A DNA stretch of 64,000 nt, taken from NCBI RefSeq assembly GCF_963921235.1, contig NC_086097.1, positions 121,396,001-121,460,000 on the forward strand, in the 5' to 3' direction. Each line of letters opens with the position of its first letter. The first letter of the stretch is position 1. Position numbers and translations under genes: made by a program. This DNA comes from Mobula hypostoma (taxonomy: Eukaryota). Under the pieces are notes generated by a model. It was not told the origin of the DNA and did no database searches. It saw only the letters and a program-made list of their open reading frames with translations. Shown here piece after piece: positions 48,606-61,545 of the stretch.

Positions 48606-48855
48606 ATCAAAGTTGCTGGTGAACGCAGCAGGCCAGGCAGCATCTCTAGGAAGAGGTACAGTCGATGTTTCAGGCCGAGACCCTTCGTCAGGACTAACTG
48701 AAGGAAGAGTTAGTAAGAGATTTGAAAGTGACCTTTCAAATCTCTTACTAACTCTTCCTTCAGTTAGTCCTGACGAAGGGTCTCGGCCTGAAACGTCGAC
48801 TGTACCTCTTCCTAGAGATGCTGCCTGGCCTGCTGCGTTCACCAGCAACTTTGAT
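48606..48855. repeat. Penelope-derived near-perfect palindrome: 123-bp arms, 4-nt spacer
   Basis: 48606-48728 is the reverse complement of 48733-48855 with one mismatch; spacer TGAC. Confidence 0.97.
48766..48801 (+). ncRNA. Minimal type I hammerhead ribozyme motif (Penelope pLTR)
   Basis: AGUC-CUGACGA-AGGGUCUCGGCCU-GAAA-C-GUC^-GACU: intact core boxes, stem I AGUC/GACU, stem II, palindromic ACGU stem III. Confidence 0.8.
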
Positions 48856-49229
48856 CTTTACCATCTATGTTATTTGCCAGCAAGGAAGAGATGTTATCAC
48901 TGATCATTAGTATTGGACAGTATTGCTTTGAACAGTCTCTATTCATCCACATGTCTGTGCACAAGAGAATGGGAATCCCGATTGTTAGACCGTGAAGTTG
49001 TCACTGGGTCGTCAAGCACCCCTTTCCTCGGGTGGCTGTTGATACGCTGAAGGTTGGGATGGATTTTATTGCTTGTCCTTGCTGAGCACTGCTCCCAAGA
49101 AATGGGAAATGATCCATGTAAACCAGAGGCTTATGTTGGATCCTGGTTAAGGGACAGTGATTTGTGGCAAGATTTGGAAGGCAAAGAATGTTTCTGTGCT
49201 TAGATCTATAGTTTAAGGCCCATCCTCTT

Positions 49230-49455
49230 ATTTATTTAGAGATACAACGCAGTAACAAGTCTGCACCACCCAATTACACCTGTGTGACCAATTAGTCTAC
49301 AAACCTATAATGTCTTTGGAAAGTGGGAGAAAACCTGAACACCTGTCGGAACCTCACACAGTCATGGGGAGAATGTAGAAACTTAGAGACAATGGTGGAA
49401 AATGAATCCGGGTTACTGGCATGGTCATAGCATTACACTAACCATTACGCTATTA
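49230..49455 (-). mobile_element. tRNA-derived SINE (HE1/V-SINE-like), decayed
   Basis: Homologous to 30510-30800. Confidence 0.65.
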
Positions 49456-50185
49456 TGCTCTTGTATCTTATTGTTGAAATGCTTTAGAGTTAAATCTTTG
49501 GGCATATACATGCAAGAGTCATCTGCATGCTGTTTCATGACAACCAATTGAGATGGGAGTGATCCTAGGAGTAGAAATAACAAAGGTCCTGAATAACAAA
49601 TGACAATCTCCTAAACACTCCGTAGATTAGGTTCCAGTGGGGATGTTGCTGCAGAGGAGGTGCAGTATTAGGGTAGGATTGTGAAGAGTGTTGCTGTAAT
49701 GACAATAACACACACAAAATGCTGGACAAATTCAGCAGGTCAGGCAGTGCCTATGGAGAGAAATAAACAGTTGATGTTTCGGCCTGAGATCCTACATCAG
49801 GACTTGTGTTTACACTGTAATGACACATTCTTGCTTGACCATAATATCTGGTGGTATCAGGACTTGTAGCTTCCCTGTTAGTGTGGAATGGGCAGAGGGT
49901 AGTAACATCCTTTTTGTTAACACTGATATTTGACAAAGGGCAAGCAGGAGGAAGAACATTGCTTCCCAGTGGTTAATTTCACCAATATGTGGGCAGTTCA
50001 CCTTTTCTGCAGAGCTAATGCGTGCTTTTATTGTGGGATTGGATGAAAAAAGATGGTGTGCTGTGGCTCACTTCCACTGTAAGCATCGCACGTGGCATTC
50101 AGTGTGTTATTAGTCTCGGCTGAAGATATGCTAACTTTATGATACTATTTTTTCCCAGTAGTTTAATTTTATTCTCTGTTTTTAG

Positions 50186-50276
50186 TTAATGATACAGTGA
50201 AATGTCTGAAGTATTCCACCTTCCCCTGGTTAACGCTGACTATGACAGACAGGCATGTTCTTCTATCGAATGAGAG
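50186..50276 (+). CDS. RTTN: Rotatin coding exon 5 ([31 protein letters not shown])
   Basis: 91 nt, phase 1 to 2; acceptor TTTTTAG|, donor GAG|GTAGGT; conserved TVKCLK.STFPWL; missing from the ORF track. Confidence 0.96.
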
Positions 50277-52360
50277 GTAGGTCTTACCAGATTTTAAGTT
50301 CATAGAACACAGAACGTTACTGCAGAGTACAGGCCTTTCAACCCATGATGTTGTGCTGACTTTTTAACCTACTCTAGGATCAATCTAACTCTTCCCTCTG
50401 ACATAACACTCCATGTTTCTGTCATCTATGTGCTATCTAAGAGTCTGTTAAATACCCTTAATTTATCTGCCTCTACCACTCTCCTGGCAAGACTTTCCAC
50501 TCACCCACCACGCGTGTGTGTGTGTCTATCTCTCTCTCTATATGTATATATGTATGGGTATTGATACAGAATCTCCCCCCACCACCCCCAGTTGCTGCTG
50601 TTCCTGTCCGTGACTTGTGGTGCATCGGGGGGTAACCTTGCTGTTTCTTTAGTATTGTCTGTTTTTTAGATAAGGCCGAGTTGCTAGCTGAGCACTTTCC
50701 ATCCGCGCTGGACTAAGCATGCAAGGAGGTGGCTGGATTTGAACTCAGGACCATTCACCTCGAAGTTTGGTGCTGAAGCCACTACACCACTGGCCGGCTA
50801 TCCCTCCCCCATACTTTCTTCAAATCACCTTAATACCACCTTGTATTAGCCATTTCAGCCCTGGGAAGAAGGCAATGGCTGTCCATTTGATCTATACCTT
50901 TTATCATGCCTTTCATTGGTGATACAAATAATATCGGAGAAACAATGGTGTGTTTGGGAGAAGATATTAAATAGATATTGTGTGATTACCTATTAGTACC
51001 TTTCAAGCAGTTGATTCAGCTGGAACCCATGGGTATGCACATTATTTAAGGATTTACAGCAAATCCTTTAAGTATATTAGTGATTCTGACTGTCACCAAA
51101 GATATAATGCAGCGTGTTCTCGGTAAATAATTCAGCATTGTGATATAATGGAAATCCAATTTCCCGCATTTTTGAAAATGTCTTCTAGAAGCTAAAAGGT
51201 CCATAAGAGTGCACATTTTGATTTAAATTCATTGTTAGATTATCAAATCTGCTGAGTGTTTCCAGCATTTTCTATTTTCATTAGATTATCAATTCCTGAT
51301 GAACTCAACTGATGCAGAATACAGTGACCAAATTAGGGAGTAAATGGTGTGGCAGCGTTTTCTCAATAAGTATGAATTGTTGGTAAGGGTCATTAAAACC
51401 AACAATGGAGCAAAGAATTAGCAAAAAGAATTAAACAAAAATATATAGACATTTTCTATACCCAAGAAAACCTGACTGAGGGGTAATGCTTTATATGCTT
51501 ATTAAAATATGAAAGATTCTCATTTTGGGGCCACATGCATAAGTTGTAATGCACAGAAATCATTACAATTGCCAATTTATTTGGCTTTCTACTAACCCAA
51601 AGAAATAGATTTCTACAAGGATCTGAGCTTCACACAATATGGCTGTCTCACTGTTTTCTAGCAGCACCCATTCAAATCTTCAAGTTCGAGTTTATTCTCA
51701 TTCAACCATACACATTTTTCCTAAGTGAAACATTATTCCTCTGGGACTGAGTTACAAAACACAGTATATATAGTCAGACACAGCACATACAGTAATGATC
51801 CAAAACATACAATCACCAGTTAGTATTAGCAGAAGTCCCTGCGTGACATGGCCTGAAGATGGGCAGGTTGCCATAAGGTGCTTATGTAAGGTAGCATGAT
51901 GTTATCTGCACTATTATAATAGTAGTAGCAGTCATAGTCATACTTTATTGATCCTGAGGGAAATGATACAAACAGTAGTATAAATATATGAAGCAGCAAC
52001 AAAGAAAGATGAAGAGTGACCAGTGCAGGAATAGAGTGTGTCTGTGAGTTGGGGAGTGTGTGGATGAGGGAGGTGGGGTGGGTGTTGTGACTGCAGTGCA
52101 TTCAGACAGAATGTGCATGTGTGCTGGGTGGCTGCATGGTGCTAAGAAATCTAACAGCTTGGGGCAAGAAACTGTTATCCAGCCTGAAAGTTCTGTTTCT
52201 TATTATGCTGAACCTTCTGCCTGATGGCAGGAGGTCATGAAGATTGCAGGAAGGATGTCAGGAGTTTTTGATAGTGTTGGAGGCACTGCGAAATATATTC
52301 TTGAATATGTAATGTGGAAAAAATTGAACATACCTAATCTGTATTTCTTTTGTTGAACAG

Positions 52361-52475
52361 CTCCTTGACCAGTACTAATCATACTTTAGTTCGCAATACC
52401 TGCGAGCTTTTACAAGATGTCATCATGCAGGATTTTCCAGCTGAGATCTTCCTTCAGCGGCCAAAGATTGTTCAG
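52361..52475 (+). CDS. RTTN: Rotatin coding exon 6 ([38 protein letters not shown])
   Basis: 115 nt, phase 2 to 0; acceptor GAACAG|, donor CAG|GTGCAA; conserved [16 protein letters not shown]; missing from the ORF track. Confidence 0.97.
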
Positions 52476-52669
52476 GTGCAAAAGACACAATTCATTTTCA
52501 TTAAGTTGAATATTCTTTAAGCACATGGTAGAATAACATCTTACCAATTTCAGAGTTTACGAACTGACCGTGAAAGAAGGCCATGTCTATGGAACATGTT
52601 TGAAAGGATAATTTGTGTTCTACTGTAATTATGATGTCAACTCATTAAGTTGACAATTGGGAATGGTCC

Positions 52670-53150
52670 GTTCCCCCCCCCCCCCCCCACTTTCTGCTTT
52701 CTGCAGGGATCGCTCCCTATGTGCCTCCCTTGTCCATCCGTCCCTCCTGGCACTTACCCTTGCAAGCGGAACAAGTGCTACATCTGCCCCTACACCTTCT
52801 CCCTCACTACCATTCAGTGCTCCAAACAGTCCTTCCAGGTGAGGCAGTACTTCACCTGTTGTGAGTCTGTTGGGGTCATACAGTGTGTTCGGTGCTCCCG
52901 GTGTGGTCTCTTGTCTGTCGGTGAGACCCAATGTAGATTGGGAGACTGCTTCGCCGAGCATCTACACTCCGTCTGCCGGAACAAGCGGGATCTCTCAGTG
53001 CCCACCCATTTTAATTCCTCTTACCATTCCCATTCCAATACGTCCATCCATGGCCTCCACCACTGTTGGGATAAGGCCATACTTAGGTTGGAGGAACAAC
53101 ACCTTGTATTCCGTTTGGGTAGCCTGCAACCTGATGGCATGAACATTGAT
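52670..53150 (+). mobile_element. Penelope-like element, GIY-YIG endonuclease region
   Basis: ORF 52650-53153: PGTYPCKRNKCYICP, FTCCESVGVIQCVRCSRCGLLSVGETQCRLGDCFAEHL, RLEEQHLVFRLGSLQPDGMNID. Confidence 0.92.
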
Positions 53151-55361
53151 TAATTAACTTTGACTATTCAAACTGGGAATCTAAGACCTGTTTTTGCATG
53201 GGTTACTATGTCAATTCCCATCTTGGCTGCTGTTGGGGAATTTAGAGAAGCCATCGCATCATCTTCCTTCAGATAAATTCTTTAACTTCGCAAGCATATC
53301 AGGTGCGACTGATGGGACCAAGCAGAATAATAGTTCGGCATGGACTAGATGGGCCAGATGGCCTCTTTCTGTGATGTTGTGCTCTGACTCTATGGAATAA
53401 ATTGGCTTTTTTGGTATGGTATTCAATTTATTGAGGAGGCAAAGGAAATCTATTAATAATAGAAACAAAAAAAAGGAAAATTGCAACAGACCAGAATTAT
53501 GGAGAAGTGATAGTTTCAGGTCAATGGCTTTTCATCAGATTTCCAACTTAAATGCTGCTTTAATTTTGAATGAATTGCAAATTTTATCGCCATCATGAAC
53601 TGCTTCCATTTCCACTTCTTTGCCATTCCAGAGGAGTGGTTAAAAAGTGGAGAGGTATGTTGAAGATTAAAGATAAATATTAAAAGAATAGCTTTATTTA
53701 TCACATGTACATTGAAACATTGAAATGTACAGTGATATGCGTCATTTTGTGTCAATGACCAGCACAGGATTGTACTGGGGCAGCCTGCAGGTATTGCCGT
53801 GCTTCTGGCGCCAAAGACGTACCGGTTGGTAGATTAATTGTTCATTGCAAATTGTCCCTTGATTAGGCTAGGATTAAATGGGAGATTGCTGAGTGATATG
53901 GCTTGAAGGGTGGAAGGGCCTATACAGCGTTGTGTCTCAATAAATAAATAAATAAACAAACAAACAAACATAGTGTGCCCACAATTCCCTAAACTTAAGA
54001 GATGGCAAATACACAATACTAACAATATGAATCTTTCATACATCAAAATGCTGTACTGATGAAAACCTTTTAAATAACGATCTTTATGAAGAACTTTGCT
54101 TAGAAATTGCCATTAATTGAGAAAATATGATTAAATTAAGTGTCACAGAAATTAATGTTGGATTCTGGTAAGGCTGAGATGGGGCAGTGACCCAAACAAA
54201 GATCAACGATTTTAGATACACTTAAACCTGGGTCATGAATGTTTGTCAGCTCTAATGATGATTTAGAACGAAATGAATTAAAATGATCATGCCTCATTCA
54301 TTTAAAATTGTAATGGAGGTCATCTGAGTGAGGAGAGAGTATAAAATCCAATTACGCAGTTATAATGCTGTATTATACACATACAATCCAGGCAAGCTCG
54401 CTTTCAGTAAACCAGATTAGACAAACTGTTGGTACTAGAGTTATCTCTTCATCTTAAGTAACATATTCTGACTGCTTTTTCCCAAGTCTGCGTTTGGAGA
54501 GTACTGTATTGTTCAGTTAGACACTGTCTTACACTGAAATACATAGTGATTAAGCTCCAATTCTGCAGAAGATTGTGCAGTGCTCTGGCATTCTTAGGAC
54601 TGAATATCAAGTTGTATTTGATTCTTCCTCACTTTATGCTCCTCATTCCTTTACATGTCAAGTTAAATTATAAAACTGTTAGAAACTTTTTAAAATAGAA
54701 TGTGGAGCTAATGTCTACGTGATATCTCTTATCTTCATTATATAATTCCTTAACATTACTTTTCAAATAATGTATTCCATTTTTGGACTAGCTTCCTTTT
54801 CTTAGCAATTCTATTCTTTTTTGTTCTTGGTAGATTTGTTACTCTTTCTATTATTGTGTGCATAATTACTTCCTATCATGGGAAGTCTTGCCTCTAGTGA
54901 ACAGCAGGGCAGCCACTTTTCCAAACTAAAATATTTTGTGACAATCTCATGTTAATAATGTAAGATCCTAAAGCTTTGTGTCTTGTGTTTTAGAAGCAAA
55001 TTTGACCAACGTTTATTCTTTGTGCCTTCGTGAACCATTCTAATACTATTTATTAACACTGCATACAAAGGTGTTTTGATAAGCTGTTTCCTGAACAATA
55101 CAATGCTAAATTCACTAATTCAGTTACTTGACAGCAAGTTTGTCATACTTTTTAAACTTAATCTTTGCTTACCCACAGAGTGCTTATTTTTGTAATCAAT
55201 AAAGCAATTTAGTTACTATTTTTTACATTATTTTAGGGTTTCTAGATGGCATTTTGATTATTCTCATTTGAGCCTTTCCTTGTCTGGGTACTGAGGCATT
55301 TGTGGTATCCTTATTGTCACTGTAATTGAGTATGTTGGCTCAGGTGGAGAATCAAACTGTA

Positions 55362-57847
55362 TAGTGGATTCTGGTTAATAGGGACAGATCAGGACCAATA
55401 CATTTTGGCCCAATTAAGCAGCTGTCGAAATTCACAGAAGTTTCATAGAAATAGTTAAAAAGGACTGAAAAAGAGAAACTACCATTTAACTGAGTGACAA
55501 ATTAGGTATTTAAATGAATCACAGAACAAATTAGAGCAGTGCCGATGTTACTATAGTACTATTAAAGTGTGTGTATTAGTTGCTAACAGTTATCGATGGA
55601 GGAATTCATCCAGTGTATGCTCTATGAGGTGTTCAGGGAGGGGTAGCTCACTCACTTTGGTCTCTACATGACATTCAGCTCTCACCTGTGGCTCCAAGCC
55701 ATACCCTGGTACACCACTTTGACAGGTGGGCGAAACCAAGTGTTGGAAGTCGGCGGGCCTCATATCTAATGAAATAGGGACATGTCTGTGAAGTCATCGG
55801 TAGATCTGGTGGATGAGATCAACAGTGAGATCTGACGGCAGTTCTGCAATACTTCATTAAGAAGGAAGGATATCATAAGGCACAGAAGAAGTCATAGCAA
55901 CCAAGGAAGACCCCAGTTTGTGACGACTGCTCGTGCCATTGGACTTGGATTTCTGAGGTCGAGAGAGTGGAACTGTCCCAATGCAACGGCTTTTCCACTT
56001 TAAAAACACTCCCACACATGTTTCCCCATCATCATTAGGTATGATGAAAAACCAACACGTTGCTGTGTTCTTTTCATTGACTATAAATGAACAAAATTAG
56101 TGCAGATACCTAATGCAGGTAATGGACTACATTCATAAAATGCTTCCAGTGATTGCATCCTCCAAATCTCCATTTTCATTGTAACATTCAAGATGGTTGT
56201 CGATACCTTCAATTTATTTGTAGTTCCTAACTTGCTGAAGTAGTGAAATCGTTCCATTTACATTCCTGGCCATTTCTGGCATTTCCAAGCTTGGAACCCG
56301 TAGTGAGCTGAACAGTTCCAAATTATCTTACTGCTATTTTTCTCGCCAACTATCAGTGATGAAAATCATTGCTTTTTGAACACAAACACATGCAATTGCA
56401 GCTATTTAAAAACTGTTTGCTCTAAGCAGTGTTGTGTCATCTGGACCAGTGAACTGGTGTCCACTCTATGTTTTTTATTCAGTGGACTCTGGATAATCGG
56501 GCTGTTGTTTAATCAGAGTAGCCGCTTATTTGGGACAACTCTTAAAGAACAAAAATTAATTGAGAAAATAGCCAGGGTTTCCTCCTTTTATTTGGGACCC
56601 TGTGTTGCTTAATTAGGACAGGAGACTGCTGCTGAACAGTTTCTAACTAGCGGCAGTTGGGTGCACTTGTGTGGTTGTTAGCACACTGTGCTAAGAATGA
56701 ACAGTTTTTTAAATAACATGAGTTGCATATGCTTGGATTATGACATTATTTCATGCAGGAAGGCATTATCTGCACTAGGTGTTTGCACTGATTTTGTTTT
56801 TTACAGTCAATCAAAAGAACATGGCAGTGTACACTGCATACACAGTCTTATAGTTCTGTATTAGTTCAAAGATTCAAAGGTTCATTTATTATCAAAGCAT
56901 GTATCCATATACAACTCTGAAATTTGTCTTCTCCAGATAGCCATGAAACAAAGAACACCATGTTGTTAATAGAGAAACATCAAACCCACTCTCCCCCCCA
57001 CCAAACGGCATCCCGATCATCAACCCCCAAAACCCTCCTCCCCCCCCACAAAACAGGAACATCAACCCACAAAAAACAACCCTTCTTCTGCACAGAAACA
57101 CTAACAGAACACAACAGAACATCAACCCCCAAGCACCCTCCCCTAGCACAACAAAATGTAAAAGGAACAGATGATCAAAAGTACAGAATATTAAAAACCC
57201 CAAGTATGAAAATAGTCCACAGTCCATAAATACAATAGTCCAATCCATAAAAGCAGAACCCCGATACCATCCTGCGATATCATTGACATTCACCAAAAGA
57301 GAGGGACACCACACAAGGCAAAGAGGCCTACCTGCTTGCCACAGTGAGCCACACAGCGATAGGCCACTCAAATCTCTTCTCCGGCAGCAATCAAATGCAC
57401 GATGCTGCATCTGCCTTGATGTCTCAATCTTCCTCGACACTTTAATCAGTGATTAATAGGTGCTTTAACTGGCGAAATGGAGTCGAACATTGGCTTCGGC
57501 CTCGTCTAGAAGTTTCTTCACATTGAGGCTGTCTGAGTACGCACTCACTTCCTGGAATCTTTTCGCAGGCAGCAAAGTGCCAGATCACTCAAATAATCTC
57601 CAAACTGTCAATTGCAGGCTCTGATAGTCCCAGAAACATATTTAAGGTGAAAAATAGGTGTAAAAAAAGTAAAAAAGACATTTTTTCCAATTTGTTCTGT
57701 ATTTCATTTAAATACGTAATTTGTTACTCAGTTAAATGGTAGTTTGTCTTTTTTCACTATCTTTTTAACATGAAACTTCGGCTAATTGAGGAAGCGCTTA
57801 ATTGGGCTAAAATGTACTGGTGTGTCCCAATAAACTGCAATCCTCTG
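55362..57847. mobile_element. Tigger/pogo-like non-autonomous DNA transposon with nested retroposons
   Basis: Imperfect ~25-bp TIRs TAGTGGATTCTGGTTAATAGGGACA / TGTCCCAATAAACTGCAATCCTCTG with TA flanks; TIR-like internal copy near 56480. Confidence 0.6.
55626..56058 (+). mobile_element. Non-autonomous RTE-type short retroposon with an HDV-like ribozyme head (55626-55742)
   Basis: Shares GGTGT..AGGGAGGGGTAGC and CAGCTCTCACCTGTGGCTCCAAG..GGGC(G/C)AAACCA with the 28928-29460 element. Confidence 0.65.
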
Positions 57848-57925
57848 TATTTACTTATATTTGTGGGAGTTTATTTTTGATTTTTAATGTGATCATAATT
57901 GTTTAAACTGTTTTTAATATTTCAG

Positions 57926-58076
57926 AATCTTCTTTTGTTGATGAAGTTAGCATTTGAACGCGATGGAAAACAATATTTAGCAATACTTGCTATAGGCTGC
58001 CTGACTCAACTCTGCAGCTATCTACAGAGTCGACTGAACTTCCACAGGGATCCCAGCTTCTTCTCCATAAAGCAAG
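57926..58076 (+). CDS. RTTN: Rotatin coding exon 7 (NLLLLMKLAFERDGKQYL...LCSYLQSRLNFHRDPSFFSIKQ); gene continues beyond the window
   Basis: 151 nt, phase 0 to 1; acceptor TTTCAG|, donor AAG|GTAAGA; conserved RLNFHRDP.FFS. Confidence 0.96.
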
Positions 58077-58914
58077 GTAAGATGAGTAGGCTTGTTTTAA
58101 ATCAGAAATTGATGGAAGTACTGGGCAGGTGTGGCAAAATGAATGGACAGAGTGACAAGGTTAATGTTTCATGCCAAAGAGCTTTTGTGACTTGCCGCAT
58201 ATTTCCAGCATTTTGTATTTTAGTTTCAGATTTATAGCACACACCGTTTTTCTCTTTGAACACGAGCAAATTATTGTGTTTCACGACATAGAAACAGGTC
58301 CTTTGGCCATTATGTCTGTTTTGAACTTAGCGTACCTATTGATACTGATCACATTTACCAGCACTTACCCATAGCCTAATGTGCCTTGGTGATTCAGGTG
58401 CTCATCCGGATGCCTCTTTAATGTTGTGGGAGTACCTGCCTTCACCATTTCCTCAGGCAGTGTATTCCAGATTTGCAATTGTCCTTTGGGTGAAAAAATT
58501 CTTCCTCAGATTTTATCTAAGCCTCTTGCGCCTCATTGTGAATCCAGTCCCCATGGTCTGCTCAGCCCAAGTATGTTTCCAGTGAAAAGAGGGAAGGTAG
58601 TCTACGTGTTGTCCAGAACTCCTCGAAAGTTTTCAACTTAAATTTTTGCATACTTTTCCCTGAGCACTGAGATTCATTTTGAGAATGGCTCTCTTTGGGA
58701 AAGATGTTGTTGCCAGTTGACCAATAGAAAAGGGGGAGGAAGAAGAGCTGTTGATCGGTGAGAGAATGCCAAGAGACTGGCTTGAAGCTGAATTTTGTTG
58801 GAGAAAGTTTGTCAAAATTACCACTGTAATCTTTTACTTAATGGCTTTAAAATTACGATCATATTTGGTCTGTCTGTGATTCAAATGCTGAAAGGTGTTG
58901 GCATTGGAATTCAC

Positions 58915-59437
58915 ATCCACTGGCCACTTTATTTGGTACACCAGCTCGTTAATGCAAATATCTAATCAGCTAATCGTGTGGCAGCAACTCAATGCATAAA
59001 AGCACGCAGACATGATCAAGAGATTCAGTTGTTGTTCAGTCTAAACATTAGAATGGGAGGAAGAAGTTTGATGTAAGTGGCTTTGTCCGTGGAATGATTG
59101 CTGGTGAAGGGTAGTTGGAGCATCTCAGAAACTGCTGATTTCCTGGGATTATATCAGACGACTCTGGAGTTCACAAAGAATGGTGTGAGAAACAAAAAAC
59201 ATCCAGTGAGCGGCAGTTCTGTGGGTGAAAATGCCTTATAAATGAGAGAGGTCAGAGGAGAATTGCCAGACAAGTTCAAGCCAACAGGAAAACGACAGTA
59301 ATTCAAATAACCAAACATTACAACGGTGGTGTGCGGAGAGCATCTCTGGACACATAACATGTTGAACATTGAAGTGTTTGGGCTATAACAGCAGAAGGCC
59401 ACGAACGTACACTCAGTGGCCACTTAAAGTACAGGAG
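58915..59437. mobile_element. Second copy of the non-autonomous Tc1/mariner element
   Basis: Colinear with 33343-33911; right TIR missing. Confidence 0.85.
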
Positions 59438-60079
59438 CTCTGTGACAGACGTGATGAAAGAAATATATATTTAAAATTCATTAATGCTGTCTACCTCACT
59501 GACTCACCCCATTCAAAGTTAATTAATGTAGGCATTCAGAGTTGCATCACATCACAGCGTGAAGCAGAAAATGCGCAAATGCTCCATCTATAGTATGTTT
59601 TTGCTCTCCATGTAGGCGGTGTTGTCGCTCACCAAATGCCAGAGTAATTTAATTGCAAAGTTTGACAGTGACTCTTAAGTCATTAACTGCAGTGAGACAT
59701 AGCCATTTCTGTATGAGTAATTTTTTTCTGCACTCACTGCTAAACTTGAGTTTTCCTCATTGTCTGTTTGACCTATTTCATTGTTCACCAATACAACATC
59801 TGCCTTCTAAGCACATGAAGTAATTTCTTTTTGGAAATGTTCATTGTTTAAAAACCTCTTTTCTTCATTTATTCTAGTAGTAGAAGTTACAGAATTATTC
59901 AACGCAGAAAATGGTCCTTTGCTTTGTTCTCATTTGGTCTCGAGTAATTATGGTTAATTAGAATCACCAAGAATGATGTTATTATTCTCTGTATTAAATT
60001 TTTTATATTCTTATCTCAACAAAGACTGCTGAGGCACTGGAGACCAGAAATCCAATAAAATTTCACTGAAATAATACCA

Positions 60080-61545
60080 AACACGAAATTCTATAGATGC
60101 TGGAAATCCAAAGTAACACACACAAAATGCTGGAGGAAATTAGCAGGCATGGCAGCATCTATGGAGAGGAATAAATAGTTAACGTTTCATCAGGACTGGA
60201 CAGGAAGGGGGATGACATGACATTGCCCTCTGGTGCCCCTTCTACTTCCCCTTCTTCCGTGGTCTCCTGTCATCCAAATTCCTCCTTCTGCTGCCCTTTA
60301 TCTCTTCCACCTATCATCTTCCAGCTTCTTACTTCATCACCCCTCACCCACCTCCCCCATCTTGCCCTGCACCTGGCTTCACCTATCACCCCACAAACAA
60401 GAGAAAATCTGCAAATATTGGAAATCCGAGCAACACACACAAAATGCTGGAGGAACTCAGCAGGCCAGGCAGCATCTATGGGGAAAAAAGGTACAGTCGA
60501 CGTTTTGAGCCGAAACCCTTTGGCAGGACTGGAGGAAAAAAAGCTGAGGAGTAGATTTAAAAGGTGGGGGAAGGGGAGAGAGAAACACCAGGTGCTAGGT
60601 GAAACCTGGAGGGGGATGGATGAAGTAAAGAGCTGGCAAGTTGATTGGTGAAAGAGACAGAAAGCCATAGAATAAAGAAAAATGGGGGAGGACCACCAGA
60701 GGGAGGTGATGGGCGGGCGAAGAGATAAGATGAGAGAGAGAAAAGGGGATGGCAAATGGTTGGGGTGGGGGGGGGGGCATTACCGGAAGTTTGAGAAATC
60801 GATATTCATGCCATCAGGTTGGAGGCTACCCAAACAGAATATAAGGTGTACTGATATACAGGAAGCCACACCGGGAGCACCGAACACAGTAAATGACCCC
60901 CAACAGACTCGCAGGTGAAGTGTCGCCTGAATGGTAGTGAGGGAGGAGGTGTGGCACTTGCTCTGCTTGCAAGGATAAGTGCCAGGAAGAAGGTCAGTAG
61001 GGAGGGACGAATGGACAGGGGAGTTGCATGGGGGGTGATCCCTGAGGGAGGCGGAAAGTGAGGGGGTGGGGAGGGAAAGATATGTTTGGTGGTGAGATCC
61101 TGTTGGAGATGGCGAAAATTTTGGATAATTATGTGCTGGACGAAGAGTCTGGTGGGGTGGTAGGTGAGGGCAAGAGGAACCCTATCCCTGGTACAGTGGC
61201 GGGAGGATGGGGTAAGAGCAGACATGCATGAAATGGAAGCGATGCGGTTGAGGGCAACGTTGATTGTGGAGAAAGGAAAGCCTCTTTTTTTGAAAAATGA
61301 GGACATCTCCTTCGTTCTAGAATGAAAAGCCTCATCCTGAGAGCAGATGCTGCAAAGACGGAGGAATTGAGAGAAAGGGATGGCGTTTTTACAAGTAGCA
61401 GGGTGGGATGAGGCATAGTCCAGGTAGCTGTGAGACTCCATAGGTTTGTAATAGACATCGGTGGATAAGCTGTCTTCAGAAATAGAGACTGTAATATTGA
61501 AAAAGGGAATGAAGCTGTTGGAAATGGACCCGATGAATTATCGAG
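60080..61545 (-). mobile_element. Composite Penelope-like element (RT C-terminus to pLTR) with extra inverted pLTR pieces
   Basis: ORF 60806-61441 SHSYLDYASSHPATCKNAIPFSQFLRLCSICS; pLTR pieces 60080-60215 (-), 60220-60390 (+), 60395 onward (-). Confidence 0.9.

Noticed and set aside
48561-48903. Two nearly identical 95-96 aa ORFs on opposite strands (toxin/antitoxin-like or duplicated gene)
   Set aside because: A direct consequence of the DNA palindrome; the sequence is Penelope pLTR.
56892-57440. 182-aa hydrophobic minus-strand ORF resembling a membrane protein
   Set aside because: It lies in the GT-rich tail region of a retroposon fragment nested in the DNA transposon.
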